From: Saccostrea cucullata
Taxonomy: Eukaryota
Assembly (NCBI RefSeq): GCF_032062105.1
Contig: NW_026925128.1
Span: forward strand, 1 to 64,000
Direction of reading: 5' to 3'
DNA length: 64,000 nucleotides
This document shows positions 39,701-49,200 of the stretch, piece by piece. Made by a program: the position numbers and the translations under genes. Numbering within the stretch: position 1 is the first letter of the stretch; each line of letters opens with the position of its first letter. Under the pieces are notes generated by a model. That model was not told the origin of the DNA, did no database searches, and saw only the letters and a program-made list of their open reading frames with translations.

Positions 39701-42700
39701 CAATGACACATATATACTTTGTACTACATTTTCAGACATATATATCACAATAAAGAGGCAAGGGAGGAGAGACAAGGGAGGGAAGCAGTACTTATTTGTC
39801 CTCTGCCACAATACAGAGATGAGGGAGGAGAGACAAGGGAGGGAAGCAGTACTTATTTGTCCTCTGCCACAATACAGAGGTGAGGGAGGAGAGACCTCAT
39901 CACAGGGAAGCAGTCTCTCCTCCAAACTGATCTCTGCCATAAAATACAAAGATGAGGGATATAGGATATAGACAAGTCATTTTTTTTGAAGTCATAAATT
40001 TTCTGCCACAATACAGAGGTGAGGCAAGGAGAAAAATTCGTATTTTTCTGGGAGGGAATGCATTTTATAAACAATCCTACTAATTATAGTTGCCACATTT
40101 TATACAGAGATTATTTTTGTGGAGAGACAAGGGAAAGTACAAGTTTTACTTAAATCTTAAGTGTCCTATTTTGGGAGGATTAAGATGTCATCCTCCTAAA
40201 AACAAAATATTGAAGAACTAAAACCAGCACCTCATCACACTGGGAGATTCTCTCCTCCAAACTGATCAGAGCCTGGAATAAAAAACAAAAATGGTGACTG
40301 ATATACTGTATATATTTGCCTACAAGTCATTTTTTTTTAGTCATAAATTTTTGTCCAAATAATTGTGTCCGATCTTATAGGCAAGTCATAGAAAAATTCG
40401 TATTTTTCTGGACAACGAAATGCATTTTATAGACAATCCTACTAATTATAGTTGAACAATGTCATTTTATACTGAATTATTTTTGTGTTGAAAGATTATG
40501 GGTAAAGTACAAGTTTTACTTAAATCTTAAGTGTGCATAACTATTTTTTAATGATTAAGATTGGAGAAAAAAGTACATTTTTTTAAAACAAAAATATTGA
40601 AATGTAAATATATAAAACACGGGAAAGGGTTACATTTATAAAATTGTCAACCAATTCTGGCAAAAAATTCTACCGACTTATAGGCAAGTCAATGACAAAT
40701 CCCTCCAAAATATCTGCAAAAAATACAACCAACGTAATAGGCCATTATATACGGTATAAAGCTCATCACTTTGGTCTTTTAGTGAAGCTCAACTTTGTAT
40801 CATTTGATTTTACTTTGTGCTTGGTTGATATGCTTTTCCATGAAGCCAAGATATAACTGATTATATTTATGAAATATCTGTCTTATTTTTCCATTTCATG
40901 ATGTGATCAATCGATTGGCTTGCCTGATAATTTGCATAAATACCGAAGGCGTTTATGCATAAATTTATCACGCAAGCCAAACAAATGATCATTGTCATGA
41001 AATCGAAAAATCTGACAGTTATTCCTTATATTTACATGCTCTTAAAAATTATCTGCCAATACACGGTGCTACAAGACTTTTATATTTCACACATGTATAT
41101 TTGAGGCCATCATTGTCAACAACTTTAAGCCTCTGCACGTGATTTTTTTAACCATGCCATAACTTTTAAACGGAACCAGTGCATTGATGTAATCCTTATG
41201 AGAAGAATGCAAAGTACACCTTGGCTATTTGTAATTTTAAAAATGTTAACCTTGGTCACAAAAACATTGGAAATGTATAATATATATGTATTCTTTATGA
41301 CAAGGGGATACCAAAAACTTTATATAATATGTGATTATTCTTCAATAACTTACAATAAGTCTCCCCCTTTTCTCTTTTTATTTACTCTTTTTACTTAGTC
41401 AGGCCCCTTTTTAATTAAAAAAAAATTTCCTTGTCTGGCAGAAACAACAATTGTTATTTAAATCTAATTTAAGTTTTGAGGAAAAGTAGCAATATTTCTT
41501 CAAACTTATTGTATTAACATAGTACATAATAAACTTCCTGTCTAAATATAGATTTCCTTGACTTGGTATGGTTACACAATACATGTACTGTTATATTTAT
41601 GGTGTACATTTAGGGTGTTGTAAAAAATATATGCTTCCTTAAAAACAGTCGCAGTGTTTGCTGCTGGAATCAACCTCTGAATATTTACAAAAAAGGATTT
41701 AATTAAAAAAATATACAAAATAATTTAATATTTATATGATTGACTGATTGATTGATAAATTGATTGGTATACCCTCAATACTGAATTAACCCTTGATTGC
41801 CCAGGCTATTGCACAGTGCAAGATGTTAAATGACTTAAGACTTAAAGTTCTAACTTCTGTCTGAAGATGAAAAACTAAATAAAGTATTTTTACAGACAAT
41901 CACTAGGAATATATTTTACTTATGAAGGGAGTAAACCAATTACCTGTAAAATTACTATGCTAGTAAACCCTCTTCTGAAGATGACAACAGAACTCACCTT
42001 ACAATAATCATCTATCTGACTTAGTCTCTTCAAGGCCACCTCTCTCACCTGACTGCGGCCAAAGTATATTTTACCTGTATAAAATTAGATGGTTAATTAA
42101 TATGAGAAATGACCACAACCAAGTTCATTCCTCTGTTGCCTACCTTAACAATATCTTTAAAATCAATTCTGTATATATACATATATTTAAAAGTGTGTTG
42201 AAAGTGTTGATAGAATGTGACTTGAATTTAAAATCCCTATATTACCTGGGAGAAATGGAATAACTCTTTGGTTAGGGTCCAGCTGTCCTGATTCTACTGG
42301 GAATTTCTCTAATAATGAGTGCTATTGTACAAAAACAAATTAAATGATAAGACATAATTAAATTGGTTTCAAAGCAGTGAAGGATCTCTAATTCTCCTTA
42401 AAATTTAGCCTCATTCTTCATGTGAACTGAAAAAAATTTTCAACCAAAATTACATGTTTCTAAAAAAAGATAGTTTAATTTTCAGTAAAAATTAACTTTT
42501 CTTATTAAATAAGTTTGTGCTTTGAACAAGGACTTGAAAAAATGCCATTATTTGTGCTTATCTTAAAAAGCCTAGCTTGCACAAATATTAAAGGTCCTGA
42601 CCAATACTTTTGTTTAGGCTATATATATTGATTTTTTTAAAAAGAAATTTACAGCAATATTATTTCTCATACAATTTTTATTACATGCACATGTACAAGA

Positions 42701-43752
42701 TTATGTCATAATAAATCACACATTGTGCAATAAACTACTGTTTGTCATTGTTCAAGCAAATATTACCCCATCAGAACTTTTAATGCCGGGTTTTCCCTAA
42801 AACTAAGTTATTACCTGAAAATCAAAGAACCTGCTGTATCGTCTGTAGATAATATTGACAGTCCTAGTATTCCAAGTGACTCGGATAATGTAGACCTACA
42901 AAGGATGAGATGAGAAATTATCAATATTTGGAATGTCTGTCACAAATTAGAAACCTAAATTTCTGTATTACACTGTGTCAAAACTATGACTGACAAGTCC
43001 ACTAGCAGATTTTAGGGGGGGCATAGCCAATTTTCCAAGTATGGCATGACTAATATTAATAATGACATTATCATTATGTAACTTTGGTTAAATTCATAAT
43101 TAATGGTCAATAAAAATCAATTAAGGTTTTGTGACTCCTTGTAAATTATGTAAAATGCTGTTTTTCAAATATGAAGTTTTTTTCTTTTAATAAATGAAAT
43201 ATCAGCGAACATATAAACTAATCAATACCACTATTTCTGTGTCTGGTTTTAATCTTAAAATACACGAAAACCCAGGAGCTTCAAGGGGCTTTGCCTCCTG
43301 GACCCCAACCTGGGTTTTGCCCGGACCTATTCTATCATGTCTATAGAGAATAGACTCTTCTGTGTGAGTGTCAAAGTGGTAAGAGAGTGTTAAAAAATTG
43401 TGTTTTTACCAATATCCACAATCTTACATTTCATCAATCTTGGAACAGTTTCGGCAAATTTACACACACAAATCTACCATTTACTTTACATTCCTTACAT
43501 GTACCTATAATCCTATATCATGATGTTTATAAAGCCATATAAAGTTAGGTAATCAGATATTCTCTTCAGGCTAGGCCTAGACACATGTTACACCTACTGT
43601 TTACGAAGGGTCTTTCTATCTGATAAAATTTCAGAGAAAATTAAAGATCTATTGAAAAAAAATATACCTACATAATGTTTGCTGGGTTTTCTTCGTTTCT
43701 GTACATCGGAGACTTCCACATTTGTGATCTTTCTCTCCCCTCTTGATCCCAT
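14318..43752 (-). CDS. SH3PXD2A: Tks5/SH3PXD2-like adaptor (PX domain + five SH3 domains), multi-exon gene span, ~1050 aa
   Basis: Hand-spliced exons (minus): 43752-43672, 42895-42815, 42321-42246, 42074-41998, 40272-~40161 (corrupted), 20189-20032, 19073-18963, 18038-17921, 17559-17289, 17187-17074, 16962-16855, 16183-14318. All are GT-AG and phase-compatible except the donor of exon 5. The N-terminus ([67 protein letters not shown]) closely matches the Tks4/Tks5 PX domain. Five SH3 domains with GWW..GW[VA]P..Y motifs follow. The symbol denotes the SH3PXD2A/B family; invertebrate copies are likely co-orthologous. Confidence 0.92.
16855..16962 (-). CDS. SH3PXD2A: Tks5-like exon, SH3-3 C-half ([21 protein letters not shown])
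   Basis: TAG/GTATAT flanks, 108 nt, ends in phase 0. Confidence 0.92.
17074..17187 (-). CDS. SH3PXD2A: Tks5-like exon, SH3-3 N-half ([25 protein letters not shown])
   Basis: CAG/GTAAGA flanks, 114 nt. Confidence 0.93.
17289..17559 (-). CDS. SH3PXD2A: Tks5-like exon, SH3-2 end plus Pro-rich linker (PPPRP, RPPPR)
   Basis: AG/GTAAGG flanks, 271 nt. Confidence 0.93.
17921..18038 (-). CDS. SH3PXD2A: Tks5-like exon, SH3-2 ([39 protein letters not shown])
   Basis: AG/GTGAGT flanks, 118 nt. Confidence 0.95.
18168..18305. repeat. ~71-bp tandem duplication (2 copies)
   Basis: Near-identical adjacent copies. Confidence 0.9.
18963..19073 (-). CDS. SH3PXD2A: Tks5-like exon, SH3-1 C-half ([19 protein letters not shown]...)
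   Basis: Phase-1 acceptor TTTTCAG, 111 nt. Confidence 0.95.
19332..19476 (-). CDS. Candidate alternative first exon D ([48 protein letters not shown])
   Basis: 145 nt open, G|GTAAAA donor in phase 1, matching the acceptor at 19073. Confidence 0.5.
20032..20189 (-). CDS. SH3PXD2A: Tks5-like exon, SH3-1 N-half (RKKKATF...[32 protein letters not shown])
   Basis: Phase-2 acceptor TTGCAG, donor GTAGGT, 158 nt. Confidence 0.95.
21315..21481 (-). CDS. Candidate alternative first exon C ([10 protein letters not shown]...[17 protein letters not shown])
   Basis: ATA-ATG start, 167 nt open, CAG|GTATTT donor in phase 2; GC-richer stretch containing a CCAAT motif upstream (~21740-21900). Confidence 0.6.
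22790..23450. repeat. Degenerate ~25-bp minisatellite (TACTATTTCCTAGCTTGTTGCT)
   Basis: Many diverged copies. Confidence 0.85.
24061..24780 (-). mobile_element. HINE-like element, short copy (2-3 monomers)
   Basis: Same termini as 12016-13958. Confidence 0.88.
25320..26519. mobile_element. Non-autonomous Tc1/mariner(pogo)-type element
   Basis: TA|CAGTCAAACTTGT...ACAAGTTTGACTG|TA termini, repeated subterminal GGCCAC motifs. Confidence 0.85.
26896..27058. repeat. ~165-bp palindrome/hairpin
   Basis: TAAACAATAAAATGT...TACATAACCCGC-TTAC-GCGGGTTATGTA...ACATTTTATTGTTTA. Confidence 0.85.
29752..31087. mobile_element. Foldback-type element: CCGGTGT termini, two arms of ~60-bp tandem repeats in inverted orientation
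   Basis: Left-arm unit GGTTCAAAATATTATGGCCATAAAATATTGA..; the right arm is its reverse complement; ~90-bp spacer at ~30400-30490. Confidence 0.85.
32056..32132 (-). CDS. Candidate alternative first exon B ([25 protein letters not shown])
   Basis: ATA-ATG start, 77 nt, CC|GTAAGT donor in phase 2. Confidence 0.55.
33687..33778 (-). CDS. Candidate alternative first exon A ([30 protein letters not shown])
   Basis: ACC-ATG start, open for 92 nt, CA|GTAAGT donor in phase 2, matching the acceptor at 20189. Confidence 0.55.
36448..36628. mobile_element. Degenerate small TA-flanked MITE
   Basis: CAGTAAAAC..GTTTTACT termini, internal TTCGTTATATCCG motifs. Confidence 0.45.
37534..37643. repeat. ~110-bp palindrome/hairpin
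   Basis: 20-bp perfect stem segment TATATGTAAAATTATCAGAC / GTCTGATAATTTTACATATA. Confidence 0.88.
37800..38580. repeat. Diverged ~120-170-bp tandem repeats ending in an (ACAG) microsatellite; HINE-like remnant
   Basis: Recurring TTTTAGTAACCA..CACCGTT and GTAGTCTACTTG. Confidence 0.6.
39755..39900. repeat. 61-bp minisatellite (GAGGGAGGAGAGACAAGGGAGGGAAGCAGTACTTATTTGTCCTCTGCCACAATACAGAG..)
   Basis: At least 2 clean copies; fragments continue into 39900-40140. Confidence 0.85.
40161..40272 (-). CDS. SH3PXD2A: Tks5-like last PX exon ([16 protein letters not shown]...EDD.LNPPK); 3' half corrupted in this sequence
   Basis: Good acceptor (TTCCAG). The first 16 codons match the family motif (ISQCDEV). 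After that the frame is disrupted and there is no GT donor. The region is interleaved with a duplicated intron segment. Confidence 0.7.
40862..41030. repeat. ~165-bp imperfect palindrome
   Basis: TTGGCTTGC.TGATAA..TGCATAAA / TTTATGCA..TTATCA.GCAAGCCAA. Confidence 0.75.
41998..42074 (-). CDS. SH3PXD2A: Tks5-like PX exon [25 protein letters not shown]
   Basis: CAG/GTGAGT flanks, 77 nt. Confidence 0.95.
42246..42321 (-). CDS. SH3PXD2A: Tks5-like PX exon [26 protein letters not shown]
   Basis: AG/GT flanks, 76 nt, contains the IPxLP motif. Confidence 0.95.
42815..42895 (-). CDS. SH3PXD2A: Tks5-like PX exon [27 protein letters not shown]
   Basis: AG/GT flanks, 81 nt, contains the PX RRY motif. 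Confidence 0.95.
43672..43752 (-). CDS. SH3PXD2A: Tks5-like exon (PX start) [27 protein letters not shown]
   Basis: ATG at 43752; donor GTAGGT; 81 nt. An upstream micro-exon ATGCACAG|GTAAG (43970-43963) could splice in frame to an acceptor at 43756. Confidence 0.9.
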
Positions 43753-44090
43753 ATTCCTTTAATAAAAATAATGTGTAACACTCATACCGTATCAATCATA
43801 AGTGAGTCAACTAAAACATGAGCTGAAGGCGCAACCAAAACAAAGTGTCACTAAACCGGAAACTGCACTTGAGACTTGCAAAAGCAAATGTTGTCTGTGT
43901 GTGTATTCGCTCCGAATAAATATACCAAGACAATGGAACAGACCGACCCACTCAGGTCTTACCTGTGCATATTTGTCGTATCAATATTACGACACTGGAC
44001 AATCCAAGCATAAAGTGCGATAACTCTCGAAAGCGTGGTTGACAACAGCGAAGGTTTCTTCAACACGTACCCCTTCCTACTTTTCAAGAT

Positions 44091-45780
44091 TTTTTATACC
44101 CCGTAAATGAAAATTCGGGGTATATAGTTTTTGTCGTGTCCGTCCGTCTTTAGGTCTGGCTGTCTTTCTGTCAGGGGGGGGGGCACTTTTTTCCCCAACC
44201 TTACTTATATTGTAGGAAAGGTACACAGAAAGGCTGGTCCCCCCTCCCACTATTAGTGATGTACGGAAAATGTAGTATAATAATCCCTTTTTTTGGTTTT
44301 TTTTGTACGAAAGCCCAATGAGCTAACTTTCGTTGGTAAAAAAAAAGTAATTTTTCGCGTTATAACGCGAAACTTTCGCGAATAAACGCGTAATCGCGTT
44401 ATAACGCGAAACTTTTGCTGTTTAACCAACCTTTTGCTTTAGCCTCAACCTTCTTTTGATTTTATCATCAAGTTTATTCATTACAACGATAAGCAAAAGG
44501 CTTTTTTGATCTTGGAGTATCACAAGATAAATTTTACACTTTGAATTGTCAATGTTTTCGTAAGCAATGGAATGACAACGTGGTGCAACCTCAAAATAGG
44601 ATATCGAATTTCCACAGTGAATCCAACGGAGACAAAAGAAAATCTGCTATCCAATTTTCACAAATGCGGTGGGACACAATTGACAAATTTACCTCATTTT
44701 GTCAATTTTCTGAGATCTTGATCTCTATAAAATAAAATTATTTAAAATTCTCTAGAGAGTGCACAAAAAGGACACCAGAAAGGGTTGATTTTCCCCGAAA
44801 TTAATAATCTTGTTCAAAGTTTAACTTTTGGAAAACTCGCATAAAATTTGAATTGTTTGAACAGCGTTGAGAAAGACAAATTGTGAAGGTAAAGATGGAT
44901 TCAATGGCAAGAAAGCTTAAAATTTAACTTGTGATAGTCCAAGATCAAAATAGCTTTTGGGCTTTCGTACATTGGGCTTTCGTATTTTTGCTTGTCAACT
45001 TTTTCGGGTAAGTAAAAAAAAAATTTTCTCTGGCTGGCCCCCCACTTTCAAAAACGATGCTACGTGGCTGTATATTATATCATTATATGAAGGATGTGGA
45101 GATATTAACGAACAGTATTCAATTTCAAAGTCCACCATGGCCTTCTATTAGAAGGTCATAACTTTGATCTTTTCACCTTGACCCATAAGATTAACGTAAT
45201 TAAAAAAAAAACTTTAACACAGGCCATTACTTTTGCAGAAAGTTCTAGAGCTTTTATACTTCTCATATGTTATCCTTGTAAGAAAACCTTTCATTGGATA
45301 ACACGAGCTATGACCTTGACCTTGGAGTTTGACCTACATTTATAAATAAATCTTGACCATACTTTTGAAGGACTAGCTAGGGCTTTCATGCGTCACATAT
45401 ATAATCCTTGTGACAAGACCTTTTATTGGATACCAACAGCTTTGACCCTTTGACCTTGACTTTGGAGTTTGACATACTTTTTTAAAAAAACTTTATCCTT
45501 GCCCATTACTTAATTTGAAGGGTTATAGGGCCACGGCTTTCATACTGAATCCATATGTAATCCTTGCGACGAAGCATTTCTTTAGAAACCAAAAACTTAG
45601 ACCCTTTGACCTTGACTCTGGAGTTTGACTTATAAAATCTTTCAAAAACTTATCATTGACCATAACCTTTGAACAGGTCGTGCGCTGCCCAGGCTTTTAT
45701 GGTGCAGTTGTATTTCTTGTGAGAAGACCTTACTTTGGGTACCGACATATTAAATTTGCATTTAAGAAAAGTTTAATTTT
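44091..45780 (+). mobile_element. HINE-like element (TTTTTATACCCCG head, GTCC microsatellite, TGACCTT repeats) interrupted by other repeat sequence, between the two promoters
   Basis: Head hairpin ATACCCCG..CGGGGTAT; internal repeats similar to 4850-5380. Confidence 0.55.
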
Positions 45781-46044
45781 CGCTATGTTTGGTTTGGACA
45801 ACCTTTACCTGATAAAATACTGGAATGATTTTTTTTTAATTCTTTTAAAAATATGATATCAAATTGATTTTTGATATCGTCATCAATGATATTTTTAATA
45901 CGACTTTCAGATAATCCTAATTACAGGCAAAAGTGGTCATATCGCGGGTCCCTTATCATAATAGACCTCTGATATGAGCGTACGAAAGAGAAAAACAAGT
46001 CGATAATCAGACGAATAGTTTATGGTGCAATTTAATAAATAAAT

Positions 46045-46072
46045 TACGCATGCGCTTTTAATCACAGGAAGT
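46045..46072 (+). promoter_or_regulatory. UPF3 proximal promoter: NRF1-like CGCATGCGC and ETS-like CAGGAAGT
   Basis: Housekeeping-type motifs 60-90 bp upstream of the ATG. Confidence 0.45.
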
Positions 46073-46132
46073 AGCAGACTAAAAATGTAAAAAGTTTCAG
46101 TTTTGGATTTTCTCATTTTTCACAGTATCAAG

Positions 46133-46207
46133 ATGACACAGAATAAACCTGTCAAAGTTGGTAAAGGTGTTGAACGAAGGAAAGATGCAGGAACATTACC
46201 AACAAAG
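46133..46207 (+). CDS. UPF3: UPF3 coding exon 1 (MTQNKPVKVGKGVERRKDAGTLPTK)
   Basis: AAG-ATG start, phase-0 donor joining to VVIRRLPP. Confidence 0.8.
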
Positions 46208-49200
46208 GTGGATTTTAATTCTAGATTAAATTACGTAGAGCCTTTTTCCGTAAAATGCTGTTGTCAGTGATGAGAAACTTGAAAAAAGTTTGGTATAAAT
46301 CCCTTCAGATGTCAAAATTATACTTTAATAATATATAGATTAGTATGATTCTGTGAATATTTGTTCATTTTAAAGGATATTTTGCATTTCCTGTCCGTGG
46401 TCTTCTTTCATAGACCATAGCATTTTCAGTTTTGATGGTGTCCTAGTGGTAAACAGGTAAACTTCTTTAAATAGATTTTATGTTAATTCAGCAGTTCTGA
46501 TCTATCGTTTTTCTTATCAGATCTTCACCAGAAGTTGTAGTGAAAAAAGATTAAAAAAGAAAAAGATAGATAACAGACACTTATTCAAGTGGCTATTAGT
46601 TAGTTTGAATGATCTGTAACTGTGTCTAGGGACAAGCCCTCACCACTGTAAACAGGCTATGTACCATACATTTGCAATGTAGCAAAACAGAGCAGATTTG
46701 CTTTAAAATGATTTTGAAGAATACAAAAGGAGTTGCACTGAAAATAACTACTAAATGAATCAAAACAAACCTTTTTAAGATTGTATATGCCTTTTATCCC
46801 AAAAAATAATCCATATAAAGAGGAAAATTTAACTAATTTTCTCCCAATTATTCTTCAAATTTACCTGTCATGTTTACATTAAAAACTCTCTGGAATATTC
46901 CTAGTAAATGCACTGTGTTCAATTTTTTTTACCCGCCTTTATTTTGCTACATTGCAAATACACGGAATTCTATCCTTAAACCAGGTCCATATGACAATAT
47001 CATTTTAACAATAGAATGTTCTATCTACTATTGAAATAACTGCAAATATTTGAGATAAAAATCAAGACTTCATTTGCTGTGCTGTTGCACTCTAAAAATA
47101 AAGCACTAATTTAATTTAGTTGCCAAATGAGAACGTAGTTATTGTGATGATTTGGTTTCTGGATATAAACCTGGGTACATGTAGTTCAGTAGGTAGGGCA
47201 CCTAATTGGTGATGCAGGGGTCCTGGGTTTGAATCTCAGCCCAACCATACATATTCGTGTTTCTTGATACAAATGAAATGCTTCATGAATTACCGTAATA
47301 CACTGTATTACACTGTATTTAAATGAAATCATTTCCAAGCTTCTCTGCCCTTAGTATTTCGAAGATTTACAGAATTCAAATTATTATTACATGTAGTACA
47401 TATAGTAAAATATTATATTAGTATTTGTTAAGTCAAAGTAAATTGCATTCTCATGTAAATAACAATCATTACCTCAATACTTCAAATAAAAAAGAAGATA
47501 CCAACTAAGAAATTCCAATGCTGATATGCTGAAAAGTCAGTCTTGTGATGTTAATTATAATCTAGTCACCTATATCTGTATTTATTATCCCTAAATTGAA
47601 AAATAGTTCCTAGTAATTTATGTTTTCTGTAGTGTCCATTGCACTTAAGGAACACAAATTCAAACATGGAAAAGGAAATGTAAAAAGTGCATTGATTAAT
47701 TAAGGAACAATGTTTTATTTTCAATGCATCAATAAAAAAATGAAGGGGTGATTTCCAATACTTTTGTAATTATGTATTTTAACAAAAATATTAAAGCTTC
47801 CTGTCAAATATTACAATGTTGTAATCTTGAAACATATTAAATCATAAGATAACGTTATACATATATTTCATCCCTGTTTTAACATAATCAATGTTGCCCT
47901 CAAACCAAGTAAATATTAATATATAAAGGTGTTTAATTGTAGGTAGTCATAAGAAGATTACCCCCAAGTCTTACCCCTGAGTCTTTGATTGAACAGATTT
48001 CACCTTTGCCTGAACATGATTTCTTCTACTTCGTAAAAGCAGACATGAGGTAAGATATGACTATAATTAAACTATCCTTGGGTCAAATGCTGACTGAAAT
48101 TTTTTCATACCAATTGTTATGCCATTATTTACACTGAATTGTCTTCGGATATTTCTGTTTTCCCAATCATAACAAAGAGCACTATTTAATTTGTTTTTAT
48201 GGACTTTTGGGAAAATTCAGTGTTTTCCCTAAGAAGTGGCTACTGGCCAAATTGACTGCTTCAATTGACGAAAATGCCGCTTTGAAATAAAAATTTGTGG
48301 TAAGATCTACAGAGATTCTGTTCATAAACCTCAGCCCCTAGCCTGTTACAGCTGATCTCTAACCCTTTACTTTAAAATAAAGGGAAAACACTGAAATTTC
48401 TCTGCATTTCTAATGTTTTTAGAGGTCCACCTATTTGATTTGTTTTTATGCTTGTAACCAAAGTAACTGCAATGGTAATGTAACAATTAACTGCAAAGTT
48501 GAGTAATTTGAAGTGCTTTTTTTTCCGCTTGAAAAGCGGCTACTGGCCAAATTTGCCACAGGTGTGCTTAACAATTTGATGAAAATGCTGCTTTGAAATA
48601 AAAATTTATGCCAGTATGTAAGATGGACTTACAGATTGGCATAAACGTCTCTCTAGTGATGGCCATTCCAGTTGGTTTAGCCTGTTACAGCGAGGTGTTG
48701 TGGTATCTATTGTGGACATAACCCTTTACGATTTTTTAAAATAAAGGGAACTCCACACACTAGTGATTTGTAAATTTCTATTTGATGTTATCTGCATATT
48801 TCATGTATATAATATTTTGCAGAGGGGATATGCTCCAGTTGGTGTCCATGTAAGATATAGATTGATGTGTTGATGCTTAGCACGTTACATTTTTTGTACT
48901 TCTCCCACAAAGTCTACCTGCAGCTTCTCTGATCTGATGTGATGGTCACTAATCTGTTGATATATTACCGTTGATAGAAGGCCCTCTGGCATGTCGTTTA
49001 TGTTATAAGAATTTTGGAGAGACACAAGTATGCTTGTAATCTTTCTAACAAAGTAACTGCAATGGTAATGTAACAATTAGGGTAACTGCAAAGTGGAGTA
49101 ATTTGAAGTATATTTTTAAATATTTTTTAGCTTATTTATTAATGCTTTTTAAAATGCTCATGCACTTGTACATACAGTAATTAGGGTTTCCCACACCTCT

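Noticed and set aside
40161-40272. Calling the Tks5-like gene a pseudogene
   Set aside because: All other exons are intact with canonical splice sites. The damage coincides with a mosaic duplication best explained by an assembly error.
47172-47250. Functional tRNA gene
   Set aside because: The B box is mutated and the stems are poorly paired; more likely a SINE head.
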